From the NCBI GenBank assembly GCA_963786865.1, contig CAWBAV010000023.1, forward strand, positions 26,531-90,530: DNA of 64,000 nucleotides, read 5' to 3'. The translations under genes were made by a program, and so were the position numbers. Every line of letters begins with the position of its first letter. The first letter of the stretch is position 1. A model generated the notes under the pieces. The model was not told the DNA's origin and made no database searches. It worked only from the letters and a program-made list of their open reading frames with translations. The stretch is from an uncultured delta proteobacterium (GTDB lineage: Bacteria > Myxococcota_A > Polyangia > Polyangiales > Houyiibacteriaceae). Shown here one piece after another: positions 1 through 10,372 of this stretch.

Positions 1-155
1 TGGCCGCCACCGTGGACATGCAGCCAGGCCAGGCCGTCATCGAAATGGACAAGGTCCCATTGCTGCTCCGGCCGTTCAAGAACATGGCCCTCGACGTCGT
101 TCAGAAGACGATGGAAAAGTGGATCGACAAGGCGAAGAACGGCGAGCTCACGTGA
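1..155 (+). CDS. 3' end of an unidentified protein (partial, continues upstream of the window)
   Basis: Open frame from the window edge to TGA at 153-155. It translates as ...AATVDMQPGQAVIEMDKVPLLLRPFKNMALDVVQKTMEKWIDKAKNGELT and has GC-rich third codon positions. Confidence 0.4.
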   Translation, partial: AATVDMQPGQAVIEMDKVPLLLRPFKNMALDVVQKTMEKWIDKAKNGELT

Positions 156-201
156 GACGAGTCGCGACGGGATACGGCTCGGAAACCCCGACGCTCGCGG
201 C

Positions 202-1545
202 TCAAGCGCTCACGAACTGCTTCAACGCTGCGTCTCCATGGACGTTACGAAGCTTGCGCAGCGCCAGCGCCTGTAGCTGACGAATGCGCTCGCGGCTCAG
301 CCCAAACTCGCGACCGATCTCGGCCAAGGTGTGCGCCTCTTTCTCGCCGATGCCAAATCGCATCCGAATGATGCGCTGCTCGCGTGGATTGAGCGCATCG
401 AGGGCACGGAGCACGGATTTCGAGAGATCTTCGCCGACCAGCGAGTCCATCGGGGTAGCGGCTTCGTCGTCCGAGATCAGATCTCTGAGCTCGCTGTTGC
501 CGTCGTTTCCAACTGGCATCTCGAGAGAAACCGTGTCGCGCGAGATCATGAGCAGATTGGCCACCTGATCGGCCGGAAGCTTCATTCGCTTTGCAATCTC
601 TGCGGCCGTCGGCTCGCGGCCCAGCTCCCCGGTCAGCTTTCGCGTCATGCCGGTGACTTTTGTCAGCAGCTCGCATGCGTGAACCGGGATGCGAATCGTG
701 CGAGCTTGGTCGGTCGTCGCACGGGCCATCGACTGACGAATCCACCAGGACGCGTAAGTCGAGAGCTTGTATCCGCGGCGATAGTCGAACTTGTCGATGG
801 CGCGCATCAAACCCATGTTGCCTTCCTGGATCAGATCCATGAACGGCAGACCCCGCTTGAGATATTTCTTCGCGATCGCGACGACCAAGCGGAGGTTGGC
901 CTCGACCATCTCTGATTTCGCGCGTTCCACGTCGGCGTGGGCAGCGGACACCAGCTCGTTGAGCTGGCGAAGCTTCGACGCGGAGAGGCCAGAGTCGGCC
1001 TCGGCCTTCTTTCGCGCGGACGAGCCCTCCTCACACGACTGTGCGTAGGATCCCAGTGCTGCGATGACCGATTCGAAGGCAGGCTCGATCACCGCTTCGC
1101 GGACGGCGAGCTCGCCCACAGTCACGCGTTCGCGAACTTCGGCGATCTCGTCCGCGTGGAGCCCGTCTGCGACGATGGCGTCGTAGATGGTCTGACGGCC
1201 AGTTTCGATCTGGCGTGCGAGCTCGACTTCGCCCTCGCGTGTCAGAAGGCTCACCGCGCCCATCCAATCGAGATACGTCTGCACCGGCTCAGCGCTGAGG
1301 ACGTTGGTGTCCTCGTTCAGCTTCGCCGAGCGCCGTCGATCTGCTCTGCGGTTCTTGCCTTGCTTGACGGTCACCTCGACTCCTGCCGCTTCGAGCCGCC
1401 GCATGAACTTGCGCACGGTGCCCTGGGTCGCCCCGATCTTGGCGATGACCTGTGACGCCTCGTCGTAGGTGATCCACCCCCTCGGCTTCACCGCATCGAT
1501 CACTTCGTTCATGATTGTGTTGTCGCTGGATTTATTGGATGGCAT
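202..1545 (-). CDS. RNA polymerase sigma-70 family factor (RpoD-like, group 1/2 type)
   Basis: Region 2 [35 protein letters not shown] and region 4.2 [27 protein letters not shown] are present. Start taken at MPSNKSS, preceded by a GGAGA ribosome-binding site; the ORF stays open to 1605. Confidence 0.9.
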   Translation of the reverse strand: MPSNKSSDNTIMNEVIDAVKPRGWITYDEASQVIAKIGATQGTVRKFMRRLEAAGVEVTVKQGKNRRADRRRSAKLNEDTNVLSAEPVQTYLDWMGAVSLLTREGEVELARQIETGRQTIYDAIVADGLHADEIAEVRERVTVGELAVREAVIEPAFESVIAALGSYAQSCEEGSSARKKAEADSGLSASKLRQLNELVSAAHADVERAKSEMVEANLRLVVAIAKKYLKRGLPFMDLIQEGNMGLMRAIDKFDYRRGYKLSTYASWWIRQSMARATTDQARTIRIPVHACELLTKVTGMTRKLTGELGREPTAAEIAKRMKLPADQVANLLMISRDTVSLEMPVGNDGNSELRDLISDDEAATPMDSLVGEDLSKSVLRALDALNPREQRIIRMRFGIGEKEAHTLAEIGREFGLSRERIRQLQALALRKLRNVHGDAALKQFVSA

Positions 1546-1720
1546 TGCTGATTCTCCGCTGTGTCTAAGCGTGTGGTACCACCAGGTTGGAAAATTAGCA
1601 ACCATATGATCAAAAAAATGCAGTTATACTGTGAGTGTAACATCACTGTTGGCTAGCTCACAGCCCTGGTTTCCGAAAACCCCATTGCTATTGAGCCTTT
1701 GCCTGGGGTAGGCCTCGGCG

Positions 1721-3232
1721 ATGCCAGGATTCGCCGAATACGACGCCCACGACGCCCTCGGCCTAGCGGAGCTGGTCCGGAACGGTGAGATCAGGAGCAA
1801 CGAGCTCGTGGAAGAGTGCATTTCACGGATTCGGCGGCTCAACCCGGAGATCAACTCCGTCGTGTTCGAGCTGTTCGAGAGGGCTCGCGAGCGCTCGTCG
1901 GGGCCTCTAGGCGACGGTCCATTCGCCGGGGTCCCCTTCCTCATCAAGGATCTGATCCAACGCATCCCCGGTGTCCCTACACAGGAGGGCTCGCGGTTCT
2001 TCGAGGGCTGGACCCCCAACGAGGAGACCCATCTCTATCGACGCTGGATCGATGCCGGAGTGATTCCGGTCGCCAAGACCTCGACCTCGGAGCTCGGGCT
2101 TCTTCCGGTGGTCGAAACCGAGCTCCATGGGGCCACACGCAATCCCTGGATGCTCGACCGAACGGCGGGTGGGTCGAGCGGCGGTTCTGGAGCGAGCGTA
2201 GCAGCGGGCATCGCCCCCATGGCGTCCGGCGGAGACGGCGGCGGCTCGATTCGCATCCCAGCGTCCTGCTGTGGCCTGTTCGGGCACAAGCCATCCAGGG
2301 CGCGTAACCCCTCGGGTCCTTTCGCAAGTGAGCACTGGTCCGGCTATGTCTCCGAGCACGTGCTCACGCGCACGGTTCGAGACAGCGCGGCGATGCTCGA
2401 TGCGACGCACGGCCCGGAAGAAACGTCTCCGTACTACGCCGCCCCGGTCGAAGGTACGTTTCTCCAGGCCGTAGAACGCGATCCCAGGTCGCTGAGGATT
2501 GCGTTTCATTGCGAGCCGGCGTTGCCAGCGACCGTCCATCCGGATTGCAAGGCCGCCGTCGAAGACGCCGCGCGGCTCTGCGAAGAGCTCGGCCATCGGG
2601 TGGATGAGGTTTCTCCCGGGCATGACACGATGGCTCTCGGCCGGGCATTTCTCAAGGTGATCGGGGCAAACGTCGCTGCAGAGATCCGCGAAGGCGAAAA
2701 GATCAGAAATCGGCGGGCGACTTCGAAAGATTTCCAACTCACGACTTGGATCACGCAGATGCTCGGCAGAGCGATTAGCGGAGAGGATTTCCTCGTTGCG
2801 GCCCGAGAGCTTCAAACCGAGTCGCGAAGGCTCGTGCATGTCTATCGAGACTACGATCTGGTCCTGACCCCCACCTTGGGAACGCCACCGGTGCGAATCG
2901 GAGAGCTCGATCCCAAGGGTGCGGATCTCATCGCGCAGAAGGTACTGGCTGCGCTCGACTGGAGCGCTCCTCTAGCCAGCACCAAGATCATCGATCAGGC
3001 GGCGCAGAGCACCTTCTCGTTCGTGCCCTTCACTCCGGTCGCGAACTTCACGGGCCAGCCTTCGATGTCCGTGCCGCTCTACTGGAACGCCGAGGACCTC
3101 CCCATCGGGGTCATGTTCACAGGGCGCCCCGCCGAAGAAACGCTCATGTTTTCGCTTGCGGCTCAACTGGAGCGCGCGCGGCCCTGGCGGGATCGACGTC
3201 CTCCACTGAACAGCAGAGGCACCAATCATTAG
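1721..3232 (+). CDS. Amidase (amidase-signature family, GatA-like)
   Basis: Amidase signature GGSSGGSGASVAAGIAPMASGGDGGGSIRIPASCCGLFGHKPS in a 503 aa ORF. Confidence 0.85.
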   Translation: MPGFAEYDAHDALGLAELVRNGEIRSNELVEECISRIRRLNPEINSVVFELFERARERSSGPLGDGPFAGVPFLIKDLIQRIPGVPTQEGSRFFEGWTPNEETHLYRRWIDAGVIPVAKTSTSELGLLPVVETELHGATRNPWMLDRTAGGSSGGSGASVAAGIAPMASGGDGGGSIRIPASCCGLFGHKPSRARNPSGPFASEHWSGYVSEHVLTRTVRDSAAMLDATHGPEETSPYYAAPVEGTFLQAVERDPRSLRIAFHCEPALPATVHPDCKAAVEDAARLCEELGHRVDEVSPGHDTMALGRAFLKVIGANVAAEIREGEKIRNRRATSKDFQLTTWITQMLGRAISGEDFLVAARELQTESRRLVHVYRDYDLVLTPTLGTPPVRIGELDPKGADLIAQKVLAALDWSAPLASTKIIDQAAQSTFSFVPFTPVANFTGQPSMSVPLYWNAEDLPIGVMFTGRPAEETLMFSLAAQLERARPWRDRRPPLNSRGTNH

Positions 3233-3315
3233 GGTTTCGGACGTTTTCGACTGATTGAATCCTCATTCATTTTTCGGTTGCCCGAGCTTGGGGCGAGCCT
3301 CTAGGATTCACCGGC

Positions 3316-4932
3316 ATGCCCGAAGAACAGCCCTATCCAGTCCTGCGTTCGAAGGCCGATCCGAAGTCCGAGACCTACCGGGCCAATCGCGAGGGTAATC
3401 TCGCCGCTCTGCACTCGGTGCATGAGGCACTCGCCCAGGCCAACGCGGGCGGCGGCGAGAAGTATGTGGGCCGACATCTGGCGCGCGGCCGCCTTCTGCC
3501 GCGTCAGCGGATCGAGATGCTCCTCGATCGAGATAGCTTCTTCCTCGAGATCGCTGCGCTCGCAGGCCACGGGATGAAGGGAGAGGTCAGCGGTTCGTCG
3601 GTCGTGGGTGGCGTCGGCCTGGTGAGCGGGGTGGAGTGCTGCATCGTCGCGAGCGAAGCGACCGTGAAAGGTGGAGCCGTCACGCCGATCAGCATGCTCA
3701 AGACGGGCCGCTTGGCGGAGATCTGCGAGCAAAATCGTCTGCCGGGAATCAGCTGCATCGAGTCCGCTGGCGCCGATCTCCCAAAGCAGGATCAAATCTT
3801 CGTTCCGGGCGGTGCGGGCTTTCGCCATCTCACGCAGCGTTCCGAGAACAAGATCCCGACCATCTGCCTCGTTTTCGGAAGCTCCACCGCGGGCGGAGCG
3901 TACATGCCCGGCATGAGCGACTACGTGGTGATGGTGAAAGAGCAGGCGCAGGTCTACCTTGCCGGGCCTCCGCTCGTGAAGATGGCGACCGGGGAAGAGA
4001 CCGATCACGAGGAGCTTGGCGGTGCCGAAATGCATTCGGCGATAAGCGGCGTTTCCGACTACCTCGCCGAAGACGAGATGGACGCCATTCGGCTGGGACG
4101 GGAAATCGTGGCGCACCTGGAGTGGACAAAGCGCGGTAGGCTTCGGCCCCGACCGGTCGAGGCTCCGCTCTACGATGCGGAAGACTTGCTGGGAATCGCG
4201 TCGGCAGACGTCCGGGTTCCCTTCGACCAGCGCGAGGTGATCGCCCGAATCGTCGATGGATCCCGCTTCAGTGAATTCAAGCCACTCTATGGAAAAACCA
4301 TGCTCTGCGGCTGGGCTCACATCCATGGGTTTCCCGTGGGAATCGTCGCGAACAACGGGACGATCTTCAGCGACAGCGCAAACAAAGGCGCGCAGTTCAT
4401 CCAGCTTTGCAACAGCAGTGACGTTCCGCTGGTGTTTCTGCAGAACACCACCGGATTCATGGTGGGTAAGCAGTACGAGCAGAACGGAATCATCAAGCAC
4501 GGCGCCAAGATGATCAACGCCGTCTCGAACAGCACGGTGCCAGCCATCACCATCATGACGGGATCGAGCTACGGGGCAGGCAACTACGCGATGATGGGCC
4601 GCTCCTACCGTCCACGTTTCCTCTTCACCTGGCCGAATCACAAGATAGCGGTGATGGGCGGCAAGCAACTCGCCGGCGTGCTCGACATCATTCAGCGAGA
4701 CGCGGCTGCCAAGAAGGGCGTCGAGGTCGACGAAAAGATGCTGGAAGTCGCCAAGATGATGACCGAGAAGCAAATTGAAGATCAGTCTACCGCGCTCTAC
4801 GCGACCGCTCGCGTTTGGGACGACGGGATCATCGATCCGCGGGACACGCGCACGGTCATAGCGATCAGCCTCTCCGCCGCGTACAACGCGTCGGTCGAAG
4901 GCACCACATCATGGGGCGTGTTTCGCCACTAG
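3316..4932 (+). CDS. Methylcrotonyl-CoA carboxylase beta subunit (carboxyltransferase)
   Basis: 538 aa. The N-terminus ...[40 protein letters not shown] is typical of MCCase/PCCase beta subunits, and the gene sits directly upstream of a biotin carboxylase subunit. Confidence 0.85.
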   Translation: MPEEQPYPVLRSKADPKSETYRANREGNLAALHSVHEALAQANAGGGEKYVGRHLARGRLLPRQRIEMLLDRDSFFLEIAALAGHGMKGEVSGSSVVGGVGLVSGVECCIVASEATVKGGAVTPISMLKTGRLAEICEQNRLPGISCIESAGADLPKQDQIFVPGGAGFRHLTQRSENKIPTICLVFGSSTAGGAYMPGMSDYVVMVKEQAQVYLAGPPLVKMATGEETDHEELGGAEMHSAISGVSDYLAEDEMDAIRLGREIVAHLEWTKRGRLRPRPVEAPLYDAEDLLGIASADVRVPFDQREVIARIVDGSRFSEFKPLYGKTMLCGWAHIHGFPVGIVANNGTIFSDSANKGAQFIQLCNSSDVPLVFLQNTTGFMVGKQYEQNGIIKHGAKMINAVSNSTVPAITIMTGSSYGAGNYAMMGRSYRPRFLFTWPNHKIAVMGGKQLAGVLDIIQRDAAAKKGVEVDEKMLEVAKMMTEKQIEDQSTALYATARVWDDGIIDPRDTRTVIAISLSAAYNASVEGTTSWGVFRH

Positions 4933-6929
4933 CAGGGAGCAAGCGGGCGTTGACCAATACGATTCAGAAGATTCTCGTGGCCAACCGCGGCGAAATCGCC
5001 CGTCGGATCATGCGCACCTGCCGCAAAATGGGCATCGCCACGGTGGCGGTGTACTCCGACGCCGACGCCGAAATGCCATTCGTCGCCGAGGCAGACGAGG
5101 CGGTTTGCATCGGTCCGGCGCCGAGCCGCGAGAGCTATCTGCGCATCGACAAGATTCTCGAAGCGGCCGCTCTCACCAAGAGCGATGCGATTCATCCTGG
5201 GTACGGCTTCCTGGCTGAGAACGCTGCGTTCGCGGACGCCTGCGCAGATGCCGGCGTGATCTTCATCGGACCGACGCCCGATGCGATTCGAGCGATGGGC
5301 TCGAAGCGTGAAGCCAAGGCGCTCGTCGAGGAGGCCGGCGTGCCCGTGATTCCCGGCTACGACGGCTCCAGCCAGGATCCAGCCGTGCTCGCTGCCGAGG
5401 CCATCCGTGTTGGCTTTCCGGTCTTGCTCAAAGCGAGCGCGGGTGGCGGCGGCAAGGGCATGAAGCTCGTGCGCGAAAAGGCAGGGCTCCCGGACGCGAT
5501 CGCGTCGGCCGCACGCGAGGGGCAGAGCTCGTTCGGGGATGGAACGCTCCTGGTCGAGAAGTACATCGAAGATCCGCGCCACGTGGAGATCCAGATTCTC
5601 GGCGATCGCCATGGCAATCTGATTCACCTCAATGAGCGCGAGTGCTCGATTCAGCGCCGGCACCAGAAGATCATCGAAGAGACGCCTTCGCCTGCGCTCG
5701 ATGCTTCATTGCGTGCCCGGATGGGCGAAGCCGCCGTGCTCTGCGGAAAGGCGATCGGCTACCAGAACGCCGGCACCGTCGAATTCGTTTTGGCGCCGGA
5801 TCGGCGCTTCTACTTCCTCGAGGTCAACACGCGTCTTCAGGTGGAACACCCCATCACCGAATGCGTGACGGGGCTCGATCTGGTGGAAGAGCAGATCCTG
5901 GTCGCCCAGGGAGATGCACTACGGCTTTCACAGGAGGAGGTTCGGTTCGACGGCGCGGCGATCGAAGTGCGCCTCTATGCCGAGGACCCAGCAGCAGGGT
6001 TTCTTCCCCAGAGTGGAAGGGTCGTCGATTGGCACATTCCGTCTTCCGAGGGCCTACGGGTCGATAGCGGGGTGGAGGCGGGGACAGAGGTGGGAATCCA
6101 CTACGATCCCATGCTCGCCAAGATCATCACCTCGGGAGAAAGCCGGCAGCTTGCGCTTCAGCGAATGCGAAGCGCGCTTCGATCCCTCAGTGTGCAAGGG
6201 GTTACGACCAACCGGGAGTTCCTGCTTCAGGTGCTCGACCATCCGGCATTCGTCGCAGGCGACATCGATACCCATTTCATCGATAGGCATTTGCAAGAAG
6301 CGCTGGGCAAAGGCGTTACCGAAGGAGACCTTCAACGCGCCTCCATGGCGGCGGCTCTCGCCGAACAGCAGCAGCGCGAAGGTGAGCGACTGATCGTGCC
6401 GACCATCCCTTCGGGCTGGCGGAACAACTACCACAGCCCGCAAGCGGTCGAATACGAACGGGGCGAGCTCGAGATTCGCGTGCGCTATCGTCATCATGGA
6501 AGCAATCGTTTCACCGTCTGGACGGGCGAAGTCGCGCGAGACGTCAGAGTCGTGTCCTGGGACCCGCCCAATCTCGTCCTCGAGGAAGGTTCGCACCGAT
6601 GGACCGCACGCGTTCGCTTCGACGGTGATCGGACCTACGTCCACGCTGCCGGCTTCAGTGTCGGTCTCGCGAGAAAGCCTCGTTTTCCCGACAAGTCGCT
6701 GGCGATTCCCGCGGGTGGTTGCGTGGCTCCGATGCCCGGCAAGGTGATCGAGCTCCGCGTTGCGGAAGGCGATGTCGTCATGGCAGGTCAGGTGCTCCTC
6801 ATCATGGAAGCCATGAAGATGGAGCACTCGGTGACCGCACCGCGGGACGGGACCGTGTCCGAGCTCATGGTCGCGGCCGGGGACCAGGTCGACGCCGACG
6901 CTCTCATGATCGTCGTCTCCGAAGGATGA
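4911..6929 (+). CDS. Biotin-dependent acyl-CoA carboxylase alpha subunit (biotin carboxylase + BCCP domain)
   Basis: [31 protein letters not shown] at the N-terminus, an ATP-grasp region, and the C-terminal biotinyl motif EAMKMEH. The start is uncertain: ATG 4911, or TTG 4950 giving [17 protein letters not shown]. Confidence 0.85.
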   Translation: MGRVSPLAGSKRALTNTIQKILVANRGEIARRIMRTCRKMGIATVAVYSDADAEMPFVAEADEAVCIGPAPSRESYLRIDKILEAAALTKSDAIHPGYGFLAENAAFADACADAGVIFIGPTPDAIRAMGSKREAKALVEEAGVPVIPGYDGSSQDPAVLAAEAIRVGFPVLLKASAGGGGKGMKLVREKAGLPDAIASAAREGQSSFGDGTLLVEKYIEDPRHVEIQILGDRHGNLIHLNERECSIQRRHQKIIEETPSPALDASLRARMGEAAVLCGKAIGYQNAGTVEFVLAPDRRFYFLEVNTRLQVEHPITECVTGLDLVEEQILVAQGDALRLSQEEVRFDGAAIEVRLYAEDPAAGFLPQSGRVVDWHIPSSEGLRVDSGVEAGTEVGIHYDPMLAKIITSGESRQLALQRMRSALRSLSVQGVTTNREFLLQVLDHPAFVAGDIDTHFIDRHLQEALGKGVTEGDLQRASMAAALAEQQQREGERLIVPTIPSGWRNNYHSPQAVEYERGELEIRVRYRHHGSNRFTVWTGEVARDVRVVSWDPPNLVLEEGSHRWTARVRFDGDRTYVHAAGFSVGLARKPRFPDKSLAIPAGGCVAPMPGKVIELRVAEGDVVMAGQVLLIMEAMKMEHSVTAPRDGTVSELMVAAGDQVDADALMIVVSEG

Positions 6930-6938
6930 GCAAGTCGC

Positions 6939-8120
6939 TCAGGCGGCGTCGAGCTCGGCGATCATCCGATCTCCGCTGAGCTGAGTGGCAGATTCGCCAT
7001 CGGCGTACTTCATCAAACCGGCGCGCTCGTAGTGCGGCCTGATGCGCTCGCTCAGAAGACCGATTTCGCGGAGATTCGGAACGAGCCGCTTGAACATCAC
7101 CTGCCGGAAGATCGCGAAGCCCGGGGAGTCGGTGACGAACTGGGCCCAAGCCTTTCGCGTCAGCTTGTGCTCGAACCATTCCTCGTAGACCTCGAACGAG
7201 AGGAAGCGGTTGCGCATCAGAAGGGCGACCTCGAAGGCCCAGTCTTCGCGTTCGCGGCGTTCGCTTTCGCTGAGCTCTACACGAAAATGGTCGCGAAGCG
7301 CGAGAACGCCGTAGTGCACGTGACGCGCCTCGTCTTGGATCACCATCTTCAGGAGCTGCTTGAGCATCGGCTCGCCGGTCATCTGGTACATCGTTCCGAA
7401 TGCTCCGAGAGCCAGGCCTTCGACCATGATCTGCATCCCCAGGAACTTCACGTCCCAGCGCGAATCCTGAATGAGCGCATCGATGATCACGAACAGGTTG
7501 TCGTTGATCTGATAGAGCTTGTTCATCTTCGAGTCGAGGTAGCGATGGAACACCTCGACGTGACGGCCCTCGTCGACGACTTGCGTCGATCCGTAGAGCT
7601 TACCGTCGAAGAACTGAACCGCCTCGGTCACCTGGGCAGCAGCAAACAGGGCGCCTTGCTCGCCGTGAAGGAATTGGCTCAGCATCCACGACGCGACGCT
7701 GGAGTTGAGACGGCGCTCCTCCAGATCGGTCAGCTTGATGCCCATTCCTCGAAGCGCGTCGTAGTCCATGAACTGGCGAGGAATGATCGGCTTCTCCGGG
7801 TTCTCGGGATCGACGTCGATGTGCCAGGGTAGATCGTCACCGTTCCACTGCTGCTCCTTGGCACGCGTGTAGAGCTCGCGCATCTCCGGTTGGTCGTTCG
7901 GATACGTCCAATCGAAGTAGACCCTGTGATGCGACGGCATCGTCGTGGGCACGCCTTGTTTGCCACGCTGCAAGATGAGACCTCGCACACCGGACGGCGC
8001 CATCGAACGAAGAACCTTGACGTTGTTCGTCGCCGTCATCAGCTGAACCGCTTCGACGTAGGGTTCGAGGCGACGCCGGATCTCGTGGGGCAGGTTGTCG
8101 AGCACTTTGTCACTGAGCAT
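6939..8120 (-). CDS. Ferritin-like diiron-carboxylate oxygenase, substrate unknown
   Basis: The E/EXXH/E/EXXH ligand set is present: HGEQGAL, DEGRHVE, MVEGLALG, QDEARHVH. Start MLSDKV at 8120 is preceded by AGGAAGG; the upstream part of the 485 aa ORF looks non-coding. Confidence 0.7.
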   Translation of the reverse strand: MLSDKVLDNLPHEIRRRLEPYVEAVQLMTATNNVKVLRSMAPSGVRGLILQRGKQGVPTTMPSHHRVYFDWTYPNDQPEMRELYTRAKEQQWNGDDLPWHIDVDPENPEKPIIPRQFMDYDALRGMGIKLTDLEERRLNSSVASWMLSQFLHGEQGALFAAAQVTEAVQFFDGKLYGSTQVVDEGRHVEVFHRYLDSKMNKLYQINDNLFVIIDALIQDSRWDVKFLGMQIMVEGLALGAFGTMYQMTGEPMLKQLLKMVIQDEARHVHYGVLALRDHFRVELSESERREREDWAFEVALLMRNRFLSFEVYEEWFEHKLTRKAWAQFVTDSPGFAIFRQVMFKRLVPNLREIGLLSERIRPHYERAGLMKYADGESATQLSGDRMIAELDAA

Positions 8121-8134
8121 GGCCAGTCCCTTCC

Positions 8135-8824
8135 TTAGAGCACTTCGGAGAAGAATTCGCGAATCTTGGTGGAATGTAAACGCATGATGTAACGATCGAG
8201 AATCGGAACGACGGCCTCGATCATCATAGCGACCTTTTCGGGTGGCAGCCCCGATAGTCGCGAAGACACCAGGCGGACCTCTTCGCTGAGGAGGTTGGTG
8301 ATCGCGTCTTGATAGAGCGCGATGTCCTCGACCCGAAAGCCGAGCTCCGGAGTAAAGCCAAAGGACCGGATCTCCCCAAAGACCTCGAAAATCCAAACGT
8401 CTGCCGCCGCGATCCGAAGCGAGCCGTTCGACTCCGCACCGCCGACCAGGCCGAGCTCGAAGGCTCGCTCGACGTCTTCGGCGTCGACGCCGGTCGATTC
8501 GGCGATCTCGCGTGGTGTCAGGGTAGGGTTTCGGTCCTCGCTGGTCTTGAGCGACTCCGCCAACCGCTCCTTCACGCCGGCGAGAAACGCGTGCTGGCGT
8601 GGCGAGAACACGCCGTCCTCACCATCGAAAAGCGCCTTGATCGCCTTCAGGGGAAGGAAACGCTCGTGCTGGAGCTTTCTGATGAGATGCAGCCGCTCGA
8701 CGTGCTCCTCCGTATACCAGGCCATGTTGCGGCCCGTCTTCCGTCCAGGAGCAAGGAGCCCTTGCTGGATGTAGAAGTGAATCGCCTGGCGCGGCAAGCT
8801 CGTGGCCTCGCAAAGATCCTTCAT
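8135..8824 (-). CDS. MerR family transcriptional regulator
   Basis: N-terminal MerR helix-turn-helix MKDLCEATSLPRQAIHFYIQQGLLAPGRKTGRNMAWYTEEHVERLHLIRKLQ, followed by about 150 aa of C-terminal domain. The rest of the 381 aa ORF overlaps the 3' end of the reductase gene in another frame. Confidence 0.8.
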   Translation of the reverse strand: MKDLCEATSLPRQAIHFYIQQGLLAPGRKTGRNMAWYTEEHVERLHLIRKLQHERFLPLKAIKALFDGEDGVFSPRQHAFLAGVKERLAESLKTSEDRNPTLTPREIAESTGVDAEDVERAFELGLVGGAESNGSLRIAAADVWIFEVFGEIRSFGFTPELGFRVEDIALYQDAITNLLSEEVRLVSSRLSGLPPEKVAMMIEAVVPILDRYIMRLHSTKIREFFSEVL

Positions 8825-8874
8825 GCGATAGCACCAGCGTTCCTCGTCGAGGTTCAACGCTCGAGCGCCCGCCG

Positions 8875-10287
8875 TCACCAGCCCTCCACTTCGATCTTGC
8901 ACTGGGAGAGAGGACGCCCGACGCAGGTGAGCACGTAGCCTCGCTCGCGTTCGACCCTGCTCAGACAATTCGGTTCTTCCATCTGGATCTCGCCCTCGAC
9001 CCGGCTGACGCGGCACGCGCCGCAGCCGCCCATTGCGCAGGAAAAGGGCATGTCGATTCCGGCGGCCAGCGCCGCTTCGAGGATCGTCTGTCCGGGCTCC
9101 ACTTGGATGCCGTGGTCGTGGCCGGCCTTCGAGACGACGACGAGCTCCGTCTGGTCGCTGCCCGCGTTCCCGGAACGCGCCTCGGGGCTGGTGAACCGCT
9201 CTTCGGCGATTCGGCTCGCGTTCACTCCGCGTCGTTGGAGTGCCTCGTGCGCCGCCTGCATCATCGGCGTCGGGCCGCAAAGGAAGTATCGCGTCACCGC
9301 GTCATCGTCGATGCCCAGTGCCTGGAGCCGTGATTCGAGAACCTCGCCGGTCAAGAGACCTCGTCCGTGCTGCCAGTCGTCCGGTGGCCGCTCGAGCACG
9401 TGATCCACGCGCAGGCGTCCGCCGAAATCTGTGCAAAGCCCCGACAGGCGCTCTCGGAAGATCACGTCGTCCAGGCTCCGGTTGCCGTAGATCAGCGTCA
9501 CGCGGCTGGCTTCTTCCAGGCGCAGAACGGTTTCCGCGATGCTCATGATCGGTGTGATGCCGCTTCCTCCGGCGACCATGACCAAGTGCCGCTCATTCAC
9601 CGCGCGCGGCTCGACCGTGAAGTTTCCCGAGGGGCCGAGCACCTCGAGCTCGTCGCCTTCCGCGATCGTCTCGTTGAGTTGGTTGCTGACACGGCCGCCC
9701 TCGATACGCTTCACCGTCACGTGAACGGGGACCCCGGGCAGACATGCGCTTGCCAAGGAGTACGCGCGTCGCAGGCGTTGCCCATCGACGTTGACATCCA
9801 CACTGAGGAACTGCCCCGGTCGGAACTCGAGGGGTGAGCCATCCGCTTCGGTGAGATAGACCGAAACGGCGTCCTTCGTTTCGCGAACGACCTTCACGAC
9901 CTTGACCGGCCGTGTCATGTGGGGTGTCTTGCGTGGGAGCGAAACGATCGCTCCCGAACCGGCGCGCGGCCGGTCGATCAAGGGGGGAGGGGTCTGCCCC
10001 AAGACCAATCGCTTGCCCAGCATCCCGAGGTCGCGGCTGACGGCTCGCACTCTGTCGGCGACACCGCGAGGAAGGAGGTCGAGCGGATCGACCTCGTCGA
10101 GGGGAACCGGGGTCTCGATCGTATCGAGAAGCGGCGCAGGGGATCGGCCACTGGTTCGGTCGAGCACCATCCGCGCGTCGAGGCGCGCCTGATCGATCCA
10201 TGGCGTGAACGCGTTCGGCAGGGCTCGAGCCGCAAGCGATGCGGCCGCATCCAGGCGGCCCGGTCGGCGGCGGCGGTTTTCCTCCAT
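8875..10287 (-). CDS. Ferredoxin-NAD(P) reductase with C-terminal plant-type 2Fe-2S domain (PaaE/Rv3230c-like architecture)
   Basis: FAD motif RRAYSLAS, NAD motif VMVAGGSGITP, and 2Fe-2S ligands CAMGGCGACRV...LTCVG. An N-terminal extension of about 120 aa has coding-like third-position GC. An alternative internal start is MTRPVKV at 9918. Confidence 0.8.
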   Translation of the reverse strand: MEENRRRRPGRLDAAASLAARALPNAFTPWIDQARLDARMVLDRTSGRSPAPLLDTIETPVPLDEVDPLDLLPRGVADRVRAVSRDLGMLGKRLVLGQTPPPLIDRPRAGSGAIVSLPRKTPHMTRPVKVVKVVRETKDAVSVYLTEADGSPLEFRPGQFLSVDVNVDGQRLRRAYSLASACLPGVPVHVTVKRIEGGRVSNQLNETIAEGDELEVLGPSGNFTVEPRAVNERHLVMVAGGSGITPIMSIAETVLRLEEASRVTLIYGNRSLDDVIFRERLSGLCTDFGGRLRVDHVLERPPDDWQHGRGLLTGEVLESRLQALGIDDDAVTRYFLCGPTPMMQAAHEALQRRGVNASRIAEERFTSPEARSGNAGSDQTELVVVSKAGHDHGIQVEPGQTILEAALAAGIDMPFSCAMGGCGACRVSRVEGEIQMEEPNCLSRVERERGYVLTCVGRPLSQCKIEVEGW

Positions 10288-10321
10288 CGGGGACAGAATG
10301 CCGAAGCAGCTCGAAAGCGTC

Positions 10322-10339
10322 AAGTGTGACTAGACACTT
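10322..10339. promoter_or_regulatory. Inverted repeat AAGTGT-N6-ACACTT in a divergent promoter region (candidate operator)
   Basis: Perfect 6-bp arms seen directly, lying between the reductase start (10287, minus strand) and the sulfurtransferase start (10373, plus strand). Function is not demonstrated. Confidence 0.2.
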
Positions 10340-10372
10340 TACTCACAATGTGCGCTAGAGTGACTGAATCCA

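Noticed and set aside
1561-1720. AT-richer 160-nt stretch between the sigma-factor gene and the amidase gene, considered as a possible small RNA or insertion scar.
   Set aside because: It is most simply a divergent promoter region. It has no repeats, hairpin-plus-T-tract or ORF that would support anything more.
3301-4773. 490-aa ORF antisense to the carboxyltransferase gene. Similar long antisense or alternate-frame ORFs occur at 1907-2839, 11096-11965, 12320-13558, 15317-16621, 21761-22744, 42348-43334, 44775-45869, 51417-53000, 57349-58185 and 60617-61585.
   Set aside because: These are shadow ORFs, as expected in GC-rich DNA. They are Arg/Gly/Pro/His-rich and low in complexity, carry no motifs, and each overlaps a gene with strong conserved motifs on the other strand or in another frame.
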